Source of the DNA: a virus
Direction: 5' to 3' (one strand)
DNA length: 59,081 bases
IMG/VR virus record: IMGVR_UViG_3300027652_000001
Location: 1 to 59,081 of that record
Position 1 is the first letter of the stretch, and every line of letters starts with the position of its first letter. This document shows positions 24,240 through 33,542 of this stretch, piece by piece. The notes under the pieces were generated by a model, which was not told where the DNA came from, made no database searches, and saw only the letters and a list, made by a program, of their open reading frames with translations. The translations under genes and the position numbers were made by a program.

Positions 24240-27200
24240 ATGAAGGCCCATTTGCTGCTTCTGGCGTTGCTCGCGATACCAGCGATTGCTGGTACCTATA
24301 CCGCCGCGACGTGCAATTACGCGGATGTAAACGCGGTAGTAAACGGGCCTACCCACGTCGCTGTCGCAGGCGACATAATCCAAATTCCCGCAGGTACCTG
24401 CACGTGGACGAACGGCATCGTAGTCACGGTTGGTATCACGATCAGCGGTAATGGCACTCCCAACAACACGCCCGGTACATTCGGCGCTGGTACGACCAAT
24501 ACCGTCCTTATCGACAACTACCCGGGTGGCGCAGTTATCAGTCTGCAAGGGATTCCGTTCGGGCAGACAAGCAGGATTTCGACTCTGGACATCGAGCCAC
24601 AGTCCGCTACGACAGCGCTAGTGTCGCCTCTCCAAGCAGCTGGTACCTGTACAAGTAGTGGATGTCCGAATCTGCGTATTGACAACATTGTTTTTGGCCT
24701 GACGACGCAGTGGACAGAGGCGGGGAACGGCGCACCTGCGGATTGGATGATACGCACCGACAATATCGTCGGCGTGATCGATCACACGAGTCTTCCGCCT
24801 GGCAGCAATGTTGCGTTGTTAAACGGCAACCTGTCCGCGTACTTAGGCGTAGGCGGATTCGGCGACAATTCTTGGGCGCAACCGGATTCGTTTGGCGGCG
24901 CAAACGTGATGTATGTCGAAAATAGCATAGTGAACGGAGGTGGCTTTAGCGACTGCGACAATAATCCAGCAGGCGGTGCGATTGGTGGCTGCCGAATCGC
25001 CGTCCGGTTCAATCAGTCCAGCGCCTCCAGTTCGAACGGGTTCGTTTACGTCCACGGACTTGATACGGATGGAAGGCCGCAAGGCGGCAGGCAGATTGAG
25101 GTTTATGGCAACACGCTTAACTGCACTAGCGGATCCTTTGGCGGTTGCCAAGCCATAACAGTGTACCGCTCGGGTACTGGATTCACCTTTGCCAACACAG
25201 CGGCTGTCTCTGGTGGAGGGTTCTACAATCAGATCGCTTCGATCTTAGTGTTCCGCACAGTATTTAACAATAGTTCGTTCGGGTCTTGCGGCGGGTCGAG
25301 CGCTTGGGATACGAATGATGGGACGGTTTACTACTCTGGTACTACCTCGACCAATGGCCAAACGCTCACAGATACGTCGAAGTCTTGGACTACAAACCAA
25401 TTCATTCCGAACGGCGCGCCATTCTCTGTCTACGACGTAACTCAGGGATGGTGGGCCGAAATCGCAAGTAATACCGGAAATACGCTTACCATCAACGGCA
25501 GTATTCCGGAGCAAAGCAATAGTTTTAACAGCGGCGATAGTTACCAGATCTTGCGAGCGACAGTGTGCGCAGATCAAGGGGGGCGCGGCCAAGGCAACTA
25601 TATTTCAGGTGGAACACCTACTCCAGCCAGCGCTTTGTCCCAAGCGCTCGATCCAATTTACGAATGGAATAATACTGTCGGCACGTTGTTTCATGGCAAC
25701 GTCGGCACCGACACTGGTCGCACGATTGCTAATCGTGACTGGTATACAGACGGGTCAAACGGCAGTCCGCAGGCAAACACGTCGCCGACGTCACCGTTCA
25801 ACGGCACATCAGGCGTAGGGTTCGGGACACTTGCGAATCGTCCAACTACATGCACGGTTGGCGTGGGGTATTTCGCGACAGATCAAGGCAACTGGAATCA
25901 ATCATCGAATGGATTCGGGCAGGGGCAGCTGTCGACTTGCGTCTCCACAAACACATGGGCGATTCACTACACACCCTACACGTACCCGCATCCATTGATC
26001 TCCGGCGGCGGCTCGCTACTACCACCGAGCTTTTCTCCGCCTGGGGCCTCTTATGGTCCTGCGCAGACCGTCACGATCTCGCTACCCTCCGGATCGACCG
26101 GATGCTTCACCGTCGATGGGAGTACTCCTACCGCCACCACGGCCGGCACTTGCTCTCATGGCACGACCTATTCCACTCCGATCACTGTGTCCACGAGTCT
26201 TACGGTGAAGGCCCTGGCGACGAAAGTAGGATTCACCAATTCGGCCGTTGCCAATGCGGTCTACGTCATCAACGGAGCGCTCGCAGCCCCGACGATCTCG
26301 CCGGCTACCGGAACGTACGCGGGTCCCCAAACCGTCACAATCAGCGGGCCGGCGGGGTCGACTGTCTGGTACAACTTCACCGGGACGTTCACCGGATGCA
26401 CGGCGAGCAGTTGCCCCACAGCGACGATGTACAGTTCTCCGGTGACTGTCGCAACATCGGAAACAATTCATGCTCTCGCAACCGAGGCTGGCTGGTCCAA
26501 TTCCGCGGTGGCGACCGCAGCGTACACGATCAATGGCGCTCTGCCCGCACCCACGTTCACGCCATCCGCTGGATCTTACGGGCCAACCCAGACCATCACC
26601 ATAAACCTGCCGGCCGGGGCGGCAGGATGCTATACGACGGACGGGAGCACGCCGGCGGCAGCTACCCCGGGCACCTGTTCACATGGGACGACCGTCTCAG
26701 GGACCGTCAGCGTCTCGTCCACACTCACCCTGAAGGCGATTTCAACCGAGGCAACGTTCCTCAATAGTTCGGTATCGAGCGCGCTGTACACGATCAACGG
26801 AGCGTTATCCACCCCGACCTTCTCGCCAAACGGAGGGTCGTTCGCGCTTCCTCAGACTGTCTCGATCACCTGTCCCGCAGGCGCGACGTGCTGGTACAAC
26901 TTTACGGGTACGTTCACCAGTTGCACGCCAACAGTCTGTACTGGGGCCACTATGTATTCGGCGCCGGTCGCGGTGTCCACGACGTCGACGCTTTTCTCTA
27001 TCGCCACGGAAGCAGGCTGGAGCAATTCCACAGTTGGAAGCGCCGCCTTCACGATCAACGGGACGCTGAGCGCTCCAACATTCTCCCCACCGGGCGCGGT
27101 CTATTCCAGCACGCAAACAGTGACCGTGAATTTGCCGATGGGATCGACAGGGTGCTACACCAGCGATGGAACTGCGCCGACCGCTACCACTCCAGGAACG

Positions 27201-30200
27201 TGTTCGAACGGAACAACCGTGTCTGGAACGGTCAGCGTTCCGGCCACGGTTACGCTCAAAGCGCTTGCTACGGAGGCTGCGTTCGCTAACTCGTCCGTAG
27301 CCAGCGCAACCTATACGATCATCAGTCCGAGCCCCTGTACGATCTCGAGCCCCACGGCCTCACAGTTGATTCAGGCTGCGGCGCCCCTGCAGTTGAATTC
27401 GTCGTGCTCCACGGCACCCACTGCGACCAAGGCGATTTACTTCGTGGATTACCAGCGGGTCGCTACGGGATATTCGAATCCATCCCTCGGCTCGACCATC
27501 AACGATTTCAGCACGGCCTGGTGCGGTCCGTTCTGCGCGACCTGGTGGCCGGGGCTCAATGGGGACGGATCGCACACGGTCTTCGCCCAGTTTTACCAGT
27601 TCGACACGCTACTCGCTACCACGCCCACCGTGAGTTTCACCGTCCGGCTCGAAGGGATGTCGAACCAGACGGTCAATGCGCTGCCGACTTCGGGCACCGG
27701 CGAATTCGGAGTCCTCTCCAACGGCCCGGGCGCGCACTTTATGCTCGACGGCCTAGACGGGTCGAATTCCAATTACTTCGGCGATCCGCTTTATCACTTC
27801 TGCGGGCTCGATGGCGGCACCGGGCAGGCGGGAGGCTGGAAGATCCCGGCGCTCAAAACCTCCTGCTGGCCGAACGGACAACACCTGATCGTGGCGGGAA
27901 CTTATCCGACCACCGGCGCGGCTGATCCATACGTGGTCACGCAGACGTTCACCAGCGCGAATGTGAGCGGCAACAACATCACGGTCACCAATCACTCGTT
28001 TCAGAACGGCAACGCAGCGGTCTGCTTAGGCGCATGCCCCGCGCCGATTGTGGCTGGTGCGCAGTTCTTCTGGACGACAAGCCCGACATGGGCGGCCGGC
28101 ACAGTCGCGGTCTCGATTGCCGGCGGTGTCGGGACGTTCACATGCTCATCTGCATGCGGCGTCACATCCGGCACAACAGTCAACATCGAGAACATCCAAT
28201 CGACGAACCAAGTGACCGGGCAACCGAACTGCGACGGGCAATACACAGCGGCATCAGGGTCGGGTACCTCGTTCACCGTGAACCTGCCCGCGGTTTGCAA
28301 CGGAGCATCCGGAGCCAAGAACCTGGAAGTAGACATTAACCCGATCTGGATCCAGTACGTGGACGGTAACACTGTGTCATTCTCCGCGACACCGGGCGGC
28401 TCGACCATACCGCTCACCAATACCGGCTCGGGCACCATGACGATCCAGTCGCGCACGCGGTCGCCTTACTACACAGTAGGCGGATTTGTGCCGGGGCAAA
28501 CCATGGGCGCGGATTACGTGCAGTACGGCGGCCCTGCGAATATTTATCAGCTAGTCACGTTCTCCAACGGCGCTGCGCCGATGCAGTTGATGCCTAAGTT
28601 CGGTGAGATGCATCTAGTAGCTGGAGCGAGTCCGACCGCGCTTTGTAATGCGGCAACGCTGATCGAGAATACGGATTTGACCTTTAGTGCGACCGCCTGC
28701 AACGCTTCGGGGCTTACCTGGACCGAAGTGGACGACGGTGGCGTGTCTGGCGTTTGCTCGGTGGATGCGTCAGGTAACGTGACGCCGATCATGGCCGGAT
28801 GGTGCAAGGTAAATGTAGCCTGCACAGCGTGCGCGGTGGGGGGTGTAACGCTTCCCACCGTGACCGTCTTTGTCCAAGTTCATGCGGGTTCTGTTACCTT
28901 CCCGCACTACACCCGATCCGGCGTGCTCGCGAACGCGTTCATGCCAGGGCAATCCTTCTATCCGATCAGCGCGTATCAGTTCAATCCCGCGCAAGCGCCG
29001 TCGTGGCTGGGACCTGCACTTATGCGGTCAAATGTGAACTCGCTGCCGATTGGGTTCACGTACCAAACCAATCTTACCAACCCGACCGCGACCAGCTGCC
29101 CGACGTGGCCGGATTCGACCATGAGCACCTGGGCGACATTCGCGCAGACCTGGAACCTGACGCTCGAATACGACATGTACCCGGTCTGGTTCCAGCAGGG
29201 ATCGAACGCCACATCGCTTGCAGCGATATTAAACAACACTGGGTATAATCGGCGTGCGTGTCTTGCAACGCTGGTATCGTATCTGATCGGTCTTGGGCGT
29301 GTCTGGAGGATCTATCCCGATGACGAAGTCTCAAATATTATCGGGAACTATCTTGAGCCTAATCCGCTGATCGGCCAAGGCAACTTCATCAGCGCGACAA
29401 CAGCAGGCGGCGTGGCCACGTTCAATGTGGCGAACATCACGTCGCTGGCCGCATTCAATCAAGCGACCGGGCAGGGAAATGCAATTCAAATCACAGGAGC
29501 GACAACAAATTCATGCCTGAACGGATGGTTTTTACTGACAACTGTGTCGTCTTCTACATTGACGGCACCGGCAGGCTCGTGTGGGAATGGTTTAACAATC
29601 AACGCGACGAGCGATCCCAGTGCATCCATGAACCTCCCCTTCCCCGGACTAGCCACCTCGGGGACGACGCTGCTGCAGAACGCCGGACCGCTCCCGGCGA
29701 ACCTAGGCCAGACGGAACAGACCTGGGACAGTAACCTGACGAGCATCGTGGTGTCAGGCTCGACCGGCACGATCCACTGGACCGGCCATGCTGTCACATC
29801 CGGAACCGCGATCCGGCTCTATTGCTTCGCTTGCGCACACACCAACCTGAACTTCATCGGCGTCCCAGTGGTCACGGATGCGAACACGCTCACGATCACC
29901 TGGACGGGAACAACTGGGGGGACGCCGCCCGCGGCTGGCACTTACAATAACTCAACTGACCCATCTGGTTTCTACCTGACGGTCGATCCCAATTGGGGCG
30001 CAAATCCGTTAGGGCAGTTTTACGCGCTGGTTAACGCGGTGCCGAATCATCCACTGAAAGCGTTCTCGATGCTCGGGACGCTGTTCTTCACGCCATCGAC
30101 GGTTTACAGCTACCAAGGCAACCCGGTGAACACGGACTCCTCGTGGCTCTACGTGCCCCAAGGACCGCCCAACTACACCGGCGCGGATATCTCGGTCAAC

Positions 30201-31157
30201 CAGGTCGCAAATTACAGTCAGTCCACTTCCGGGATCGCATCCCGCGCCTACCAGCTTGCCCCACGCTCGATGCTGTTCTACGGCGGCTACATCGGCGGCG
30301 GCAACATGGTCCAGTATCAGCGCTCGTTTTATTTCGACCCTTCAACAGACCGACCGGCGCAGAACGGGCTCAACTGGCGCCCGGAAACCACGCTCACTCA
30401 GATGATGTCGATGAAGACGATTGGAGTGCGTGGGCTCAGGCTCTACAACGGGTATCAGAACACATCCTCTGGCTACACTCAGCTTGGCCTCGGCTGGAAC
30501 GCGCCAGGCAACGGCGGATTCGGAACCGGCGCGGGCATGAGCCCCTACACGGCGCCTAAGACATGGGCCGCAATGGCACATACGAATGCGTTACTCGTGA
30601 TGCGCGAGGATACGGAATTGCAGCCGGAAGACAACAAACCGTACTTGGGGCCGTACTTCCAGACCGACGCGCACTTGAGCGCGACTTACGGCAATGAACG
30701 TACAGTTGTATGTGCATCTGAAATGCCGTATGGCGCAATTACGTTTCCGCTCAACCCGATTTCCGGCGGCTCGACGCTACTCTACACAAGCGATGGGTAT
30801 TCGACCCGCGTCTCAACCGTCGCAGGCAACCCGTCGTCGATTACGCAGGAATTCTGCCCGTCGCCCGGTTACACGTGGGTCTACGTCAGCCAGCCGCCCG
30901 GATACACTGCGCTCGATCAGGTCACATTTACACCGCCGAGCCCGTTGCCATTCAGTGCAGTCCACATGCTGATCCAGGTCGGATATTACCCGGACGGGAT
31001 GCAGGATGACCCGGTGTTCGACGCGACATCCGGCGTGACCGTGCCCATTGACCATCACAATATCAACGCCTGGTACCGGACGCTGTACTGTGATTCAAAC
31101 TTCCAACCATTGAGCATCAGCGACCCGACTTTAATTCCTTCACAGAATCTGCCGTGA
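24240..31157 (+). CDS. Giant secreted protein (2305 aa). Sec signal peptide, then a Gly/Asn/Thr-rich N-terminal region (possible beta-helix), five tandem CHB_HEX_C-like Ig-type repeats and a ~1280-aa C-terminal region. Candidate polysaccharide depolymerase or adhesin.
   Basis: MKAHLLLLALLAIPAIAG|TY. Single uninterrupted ORF. Repeats are read in the translation (see 26022-27323). Confidence 0.85.
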   Translation: MKAHLLLLALLAIPAIAGTYTAATCNYADVNAVVNGPTHVAVAGDIIQIPAGTCTWTNGIVVTVGITISGNGTPNNTPGTFGAGTTNTVLIDNYPGGAVISLQGIPFGQTSRISTLDIEPQSATTALVSPLQAAGTCTSSGCPNLRIDNIVFGLTTQWTEAGNGAPADWMIRTDNIVGVIDHTSLPPGSNVALLNGNLSAYLGVGGFGDNSWAQPDSFGGANVMYVENSIVNGGGFSDCDNNPAGGAIGGCRIAVRFNQSSASSSNGFVYVHGLDTDGRPQGGRQIEVYGNTLNCTSGSFGGCQAITVYRSGTGFTFANTAAVSGGGFYNQIASILVFRTVFNNSSFGSCGGSSAWDTNDGTVYYSGTTSTNGQTLTDTSKSWTTNQFIPNGAPFSVYDVTQGWWAEIASNTGNTLTINGSIPEQSNSFNSGDSYQILRATVCADQGGRGQGNYISGGTPTPASALSQALDPIYEWNNTVGTLFHGNVGTDTGRTIANRDWYTDGSNGSPQANTSPTSPFNGTSGVGFGTLANRPTTCTVGVGYFATDQGNWNQSSNGFGQGQLSTCVSTNTWAIHYTPYTYPHPLISGGGSLLPPSFSPPGASYGPAQTVTISLPSGSTGCFTVDGSTPTATTAGTCSHGTTYSTPITVSTSLTVKALATKVGFTNSAVANAVYVINGALAAPTISPATGTYAGPQTVTISGPAGSTVWYNFTGTFTGCTASSCPTATMYSSPVTVATSETIHALATEAGWSNSAVATAAYTINGALPAPTFTPSAGSYGPTQTITINLPAGAAGCYTTDGSTPAAATPGTCSHGTTVSGTVSVSSTLTLKAISTEATFLNSSVSSALYTINGALSTPTFSPNGGSFALPQTVSITCPAGATCWYNFTGTFTSCTPTVCTGATMYSAPVAVSTTSTLFSIATEAGWSNSTVGSAAFTINGTLSAPTFSPPGAVYSSTQTVTVNLPMGSTGCYTSDGTAPTATTPGTCSNGTTVSGTVSVPATVTLKALATEAAFANSSVASATYTIISPSPCTISSPTASQLIQAAAPLQLNSSCSTAPTATKAIYFVDYQRVATGYSNPSLGSTINDFSTAWCGPFCATWWPGLNGDGSHTVFAQFYQFDTLLATTPTVSFTVRLEGMSNQTVNALPTSGTGEFGVLSNGPGAHFMLDGLDGSNSNYFGDPLYHFCGLDGGTGQAGGWKIPALKTSCWPNGQHLIVAGTYPTTGAADPYVVTQTFTSANVSGNNITVTNHSFQNGNAAVCLGACPAPIVAGAQFFWTTSPTWAAGTVAVSIAGGVGTFTCSSACGVTSGTTVNIENIQSTNQVTGQPNCDGQYTAASGSGTSFTVNLPAVCNGASGAKNLEVDINPIWIQYVDGNTVSFSATPGGSTIPLTNTGSGTMTIQSRTRSPYYTVGGFVPGQTMGADYVQYGGPANIYQLVTFSNGAAPMQLMPKFGEMHLVAGASPTALCNAATLIENTDLTFSATACNASGLTWTEVDDGGVSGVCSVDASGNVTPIMAGWCKVNVACTACAVGGVTLPTVTVFVQVHAGSVTFPHYTRSGVLANAFMPGQSFYPISAYQFNPAQAPSWLGPALMRSNVNSLPIGFTYQTNLTNPTATSCPTWPDSTMSTWATFAQTWNLTLEYDMYPVWFQQGSNATSLAAILNNTGYNRRACLATLVSYLIGLGRVWRIYPDDEVSNIIGNYLEPNPLIGQGNFISATTAGGVATFNVANITSLAAFNQATGQGNAIQITGATTNSCLNGWFLLTTVSSSTLTAPAGSCGNGLTINATSDPSASMNLPFPGLATSGTTLLQNAGPLPANLGQTEQTWDSNLTSIVVSGSTGTIHWTGHAVTSGTAIRLYCFACAHTNLNFIGVPVVTDANTLTITWTGTTGGTPPAAGTYNNSTDPSGFYLTVDPNWGANPLGQFYALVNAVPNHPLKAFSMLGTLFFTPSTVYSYQGNPVNTDSSWLYVPQGPPNYTGADISVNQVANYSQSTSGIASRAYQLAPRSMLFYGGYIGGGNMVQYQRSFYFDPSTDRPAQNGLNWRPETTLTQMMSMKTIGVRGLRLYNGYQNTSSGYTQLGLGWNAPGNGGFGTGAGMSPYTAPKTWAAMAHTNALLVMREDTELQPEDNKPYLGPYFQTDAHLSATYGNERTVVCASEMPYGAITFPLNPISGGSTLLYTSDGYSTRVSTVAGNPSSITQEFCPSPGYTWVYVSQPPGYTALDQVTFTPPSPLPFSAVHMLIQVGYYPDGMQDDPVFDATSGVTVPIDHHNINAWYRTLYCDSNFQPLSISDPTLIPSQNLP
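26022..27323 (+). repeat. Five tandem ~87-aa coding repeats of two alternating subtypes (A-B-A-B-A)
   Basis: Type A contains GC[FY]T.DG[ST].P.A.T.GTCS.GTT. Type B contains WYNFTGTFT.CT...C..ATMYS.PV.V. Every unit ends in A.Y.ING or TII. Confidence 0.85.
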
Positions 31158-31243
31158 GCGTCTACAATATAACGATATGAAAAATAGACCGATCACGCAG
31201 GCTCGAGCGACGCGACGCTGATCCCGAGTCAAGGATTATTCTG

Positions 31244-31939
31244 ATGAGACTCGCCTTACTTCTAGCCCCAATCGCGCTCCTGCACGCACAGATAGTGCCT
31301 CGCGCCGTTTGCACTCCCACACCAATCGTGCCTTACGTCCAAGTTGGCACCGCGACATGGCAGCAACTCGCCACCGCTACCGTCGCAGCCGTCACAACCG
31401 TTGTGAACCTCGGGCCGCAGCCCATCGGTGGCACTTGGGGATGGACTGGGCCGAATAACTTCGCATCCACCGCGCGGGAGCTTGACGGAATCGCTCTCAG
31501 CGTTGGCGCGAACAACTACATCGCGACGTACACCAACGCAAGCGGCTGCAAGAGCACGCAGACGTTCACGATCACAGTCACCGCGCCCCCGCCTACTGTC
31601 ACATGTGGCTCGGGCCTCGTCGCCTCTGGCGCGCTTTGTAATGTCGACACGTCGGTTATCCTGTCCCGCGCAACCGACGTGAATGGTTCCGATCACTGGC
31701 TCGCTGTCACTGGTGGCCCGGTGAACTGGACCGCCGAAACAGGCATCACCGTCCCAGCCTACGTGCAGGGCAACTGGTGGCTGGCGCAGTTCGCGAACGG
31801 CGCCGGAGCGACGATCAACCTTGGTCCGGGGATACTACCGCTGCTGGTCAAAGGGACTCCGGTCGTCGGCGGAGAATGCACCAACGGTTGCATCCTGCAG
31901 GCGATTGGATCGCCACCGACCGCGCTAGCGGTCCACTAG
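31244..31939 (+). CDS. Secreted tail-fibre-tip-like protein (231 aa)
   Basis: MRLALLLAPIALLHA|QIVP. The C-terminal domain (LSRATDVNGSD ... INLGPGILPL ... GSPPTALAVH) is homologous to part of 19171-20832. Confidence 0.75.
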   Translation: MRLALLLAPIALLHAQIVPRAVCTPTPIVPYVQVGTATWQQLATATVAAVTTVVNLGPQPIGGTWGWTGPNNFASTARELDGIALSVGANNYIATYTNASGCKSTQTFTITVTAPPPTVTCGSGLVASGALCNVDTSVILSRATDVNGSDHWLAVTGGPVNWTAETGITVPAYVQGNWWLAQFANGAGATINLGPGILPLLVKGTPVVGGECTNGCILQAIGSPPTALAVH

Positions 31940-32355
31940 CGCTTGTAGAAACGGAACGGGCCGCTCGTCATCGTAAGGGAATCCGGCGTGGCCCACGGCG
32001 GGCGTTTATCTTCCGGCTCGCTCTCGTAAAAGTTAGCGCCGTTCGTGGGATCGGTTCCCAGAGGGCACTCCGCAACCGCCTGGCAAGTCAGCCATGCTAT
32101 CCAGTCCGCTCCGGCTTGCTGTGGTGGCGTCGGTTCGGTCGGCCACGCCACGATGTTCGGGTCGCCCTTCGCGGTCATACTAGAGAATTGAAGGTGCTGC
32201 GCGATCACGCCGGAGATCGTTCGCGGCCAGCGGCGTTGTGCATCGTTCATACGGTTCAGGATCACCCACCAGATACAGGTGAGCGTGGCTGCGCTGCAAC
32301 TTCGGGCCTCGCGCCACAGACAGAGGGAAGCGAGCCACTTGTCGTATTCGCTCAT
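31936..32355 (-). CDS. SleB-like cell-wall hydrolase (Hydrolase_2 family), candidate endolysin
   Basis: CLWREARSCS ... WWVILNRMND ... ISGVIAQHLQFSS matches the SleB/CwlJ pattern as remembered. No signal peptide. Confidence 0.7.
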   Translation of the reverse strand: MSEYDKWLASLCLWREARSCSAATLTCIWWVILNRMNDAQRRWPRTISGVIAQHLQFSSMTAKGDPNIVAWPTEPTPPQQAGADWIAWLTCQAVAECPLGTDPTNGANFYESEPEDKRPPWATPDSLTMTSGPFRFYKR

Positions 32356-32705
32356 TTGTTCTGGGAATCGAGGATAGCCTGTTTCTTGGCCGCCAGTTCT
32401 TTCATCTGAGCGTCGAGCGCACGAGTCTCATCCGTCTCCGTCTTAGGCCAGATAAGCATGAGACTCGCCTTGATAGCTGCCTCTATGCTGCTAGGCACTA
32501 CGAGTGGAGAACTGCCCTGCCTCTTTTCCTGCGCCGCCATCCTCGTCAGCCGAGCGCTGGTCTGCGCCATATACACGTTGCTCGCGGTGTCGGTCGTCTG
32601 CATCGTAATTGCTGGGTGAGTCTTCCCTGCATCGTCGGTGTAGACGATCGAAATCTCAGCGGCGTTAGACGCGATCACGAAAAGAAAATAACAAAATAAT
32701 CTCAT
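32352..32705 (-). CDS. Secreted or membrane-anchored protein (117 aa) with a C-terminal coiled segment. Possible spanin-like lysis accessory protein.
   Basis: MRLFCYFLFVIASNA|AEIS. ATGA coupling to the endolysin gene. Confidence 0.6.
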   Translation of the reverse strand: MRLFCYFLFVIASNAAEISIVYTDDAGKTHPAITMQTTDTASNVYMAQTSARLTRMAAQEKRQGSSPLVVPSSIEAAIKASLMLIWPKTETDETRALDAQMKELAAKKQAILDSQNK

Positions 32706-33542
32706 TTAATTCATCCTTTGAATTGTCGAGTAGAAACTGTACTGCGGGCTTCCAATCACGCTCGTCAGCGCAACCGCGTAAGTGATCGCGGAACCATTCG
32801 ATTTCAGATACGTGCAGCCTTGTCCCTCCCCGAGCGCCGTCAATGTCACCGCTGTCAGCTTCGTCGGCGTATCGGTCTCAGATTGCGTCCCATCGTTCCA
32901 GCCAAACGTGACTCCTGCCGTACCAGCGCTGCCTGTCGTAGTGGTCACCAGATAGCCGCAGACGTTGTAGATTCCTGCCGCAGGAGTGGCAATTGTTGTC
33001 GTGGTGATTGCGGAAGTCTGGCCGGTCAGTTGGATGGCGGTGGCGTAGGGAACCTGGAATGGAGTGAACCCAAGAGATGCTTGCTTGGTTGCTAGTCCAG
33101 TGTCAACGTAAGACGTGGTCGCCAGTTTTGTGCTTCCATCGGCCTGAGACTGAGTAGTTGCGGTCGTACCATTTGGAAGTGCCGGGGTACCTGACAGACT
33201 CGCAGCGGTGCCGGAAGTATTGGCCGCGTTATTCGGTATGTCGGCCGATACTAGGGCGTGACAAGTGAACGTGTGTGAAGTTGTTGAGTACTGATAGACA
33301 CCACCGCTTGCAGTACAGTTAACCAAGCTAGTCAGAGCAAGAGTGCCATTCAAGATTTGATCTTGCGTACCCGTTGTGATCGGTGCTTGCTTCCCGTTGA
33401 ACGTCACCCAGTCAGCGCTGGCCAAACAACCTGTCTGAGATGCGGATGCAGCAGGGCACATGCTCATCGGAGAGTTAACCGGAGGCATGACCTGGGAGAA
33501 TAGGAGCATCGAACAAATGAGCACGTAAGCGAGTATTTTCAT
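32706..33542 (-). CDS. Tail-fibre-like protein (278 aa) with an N-terminal signal peptide
   Basis: MKILAYVLICSMLLFSQV. Carries the tail-fibre motifs SADWVTFNGKQ and DGSTKLATTSYVD. Confidence 0.75.
   Translation of the reverse strand: MKILAYVLICSMLLFSQVMPPVNSPMSMCPAASASQTGCLASADWVTFNGKQAPITTGTQDQILNGTLALTSLVNCTASGGVYQYSTTSHTFTCHALVSADIPNNAANTSGTAASLSGTPALPNGTTATTQSQADGSTKLATTSYVDTGLATKQASLGFTPFQVPYATAIQLTGQTSAITTTTIATPAAGIYNVCGYLVTTTTGSAGTAGVTFGWNDGTQSETDTPTKLTAVTLTALGEGQGCTYLKSNGSAITYAVALTSVIGSPQYSFYSTIQRMN

Noticed and set aside
26022-27323. Diversity-generating retroelement (template/variable repeat pair) or a CRISPR-like array as an explanation for the tandem repeats
   Set aside because: No reverse transcriptase ORF (no YxDD motif) exists anywhere in the window. 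The repeats are in-frame protein domains of ~261 nt with divergent sequence, not short identical repeats separated by spacers.
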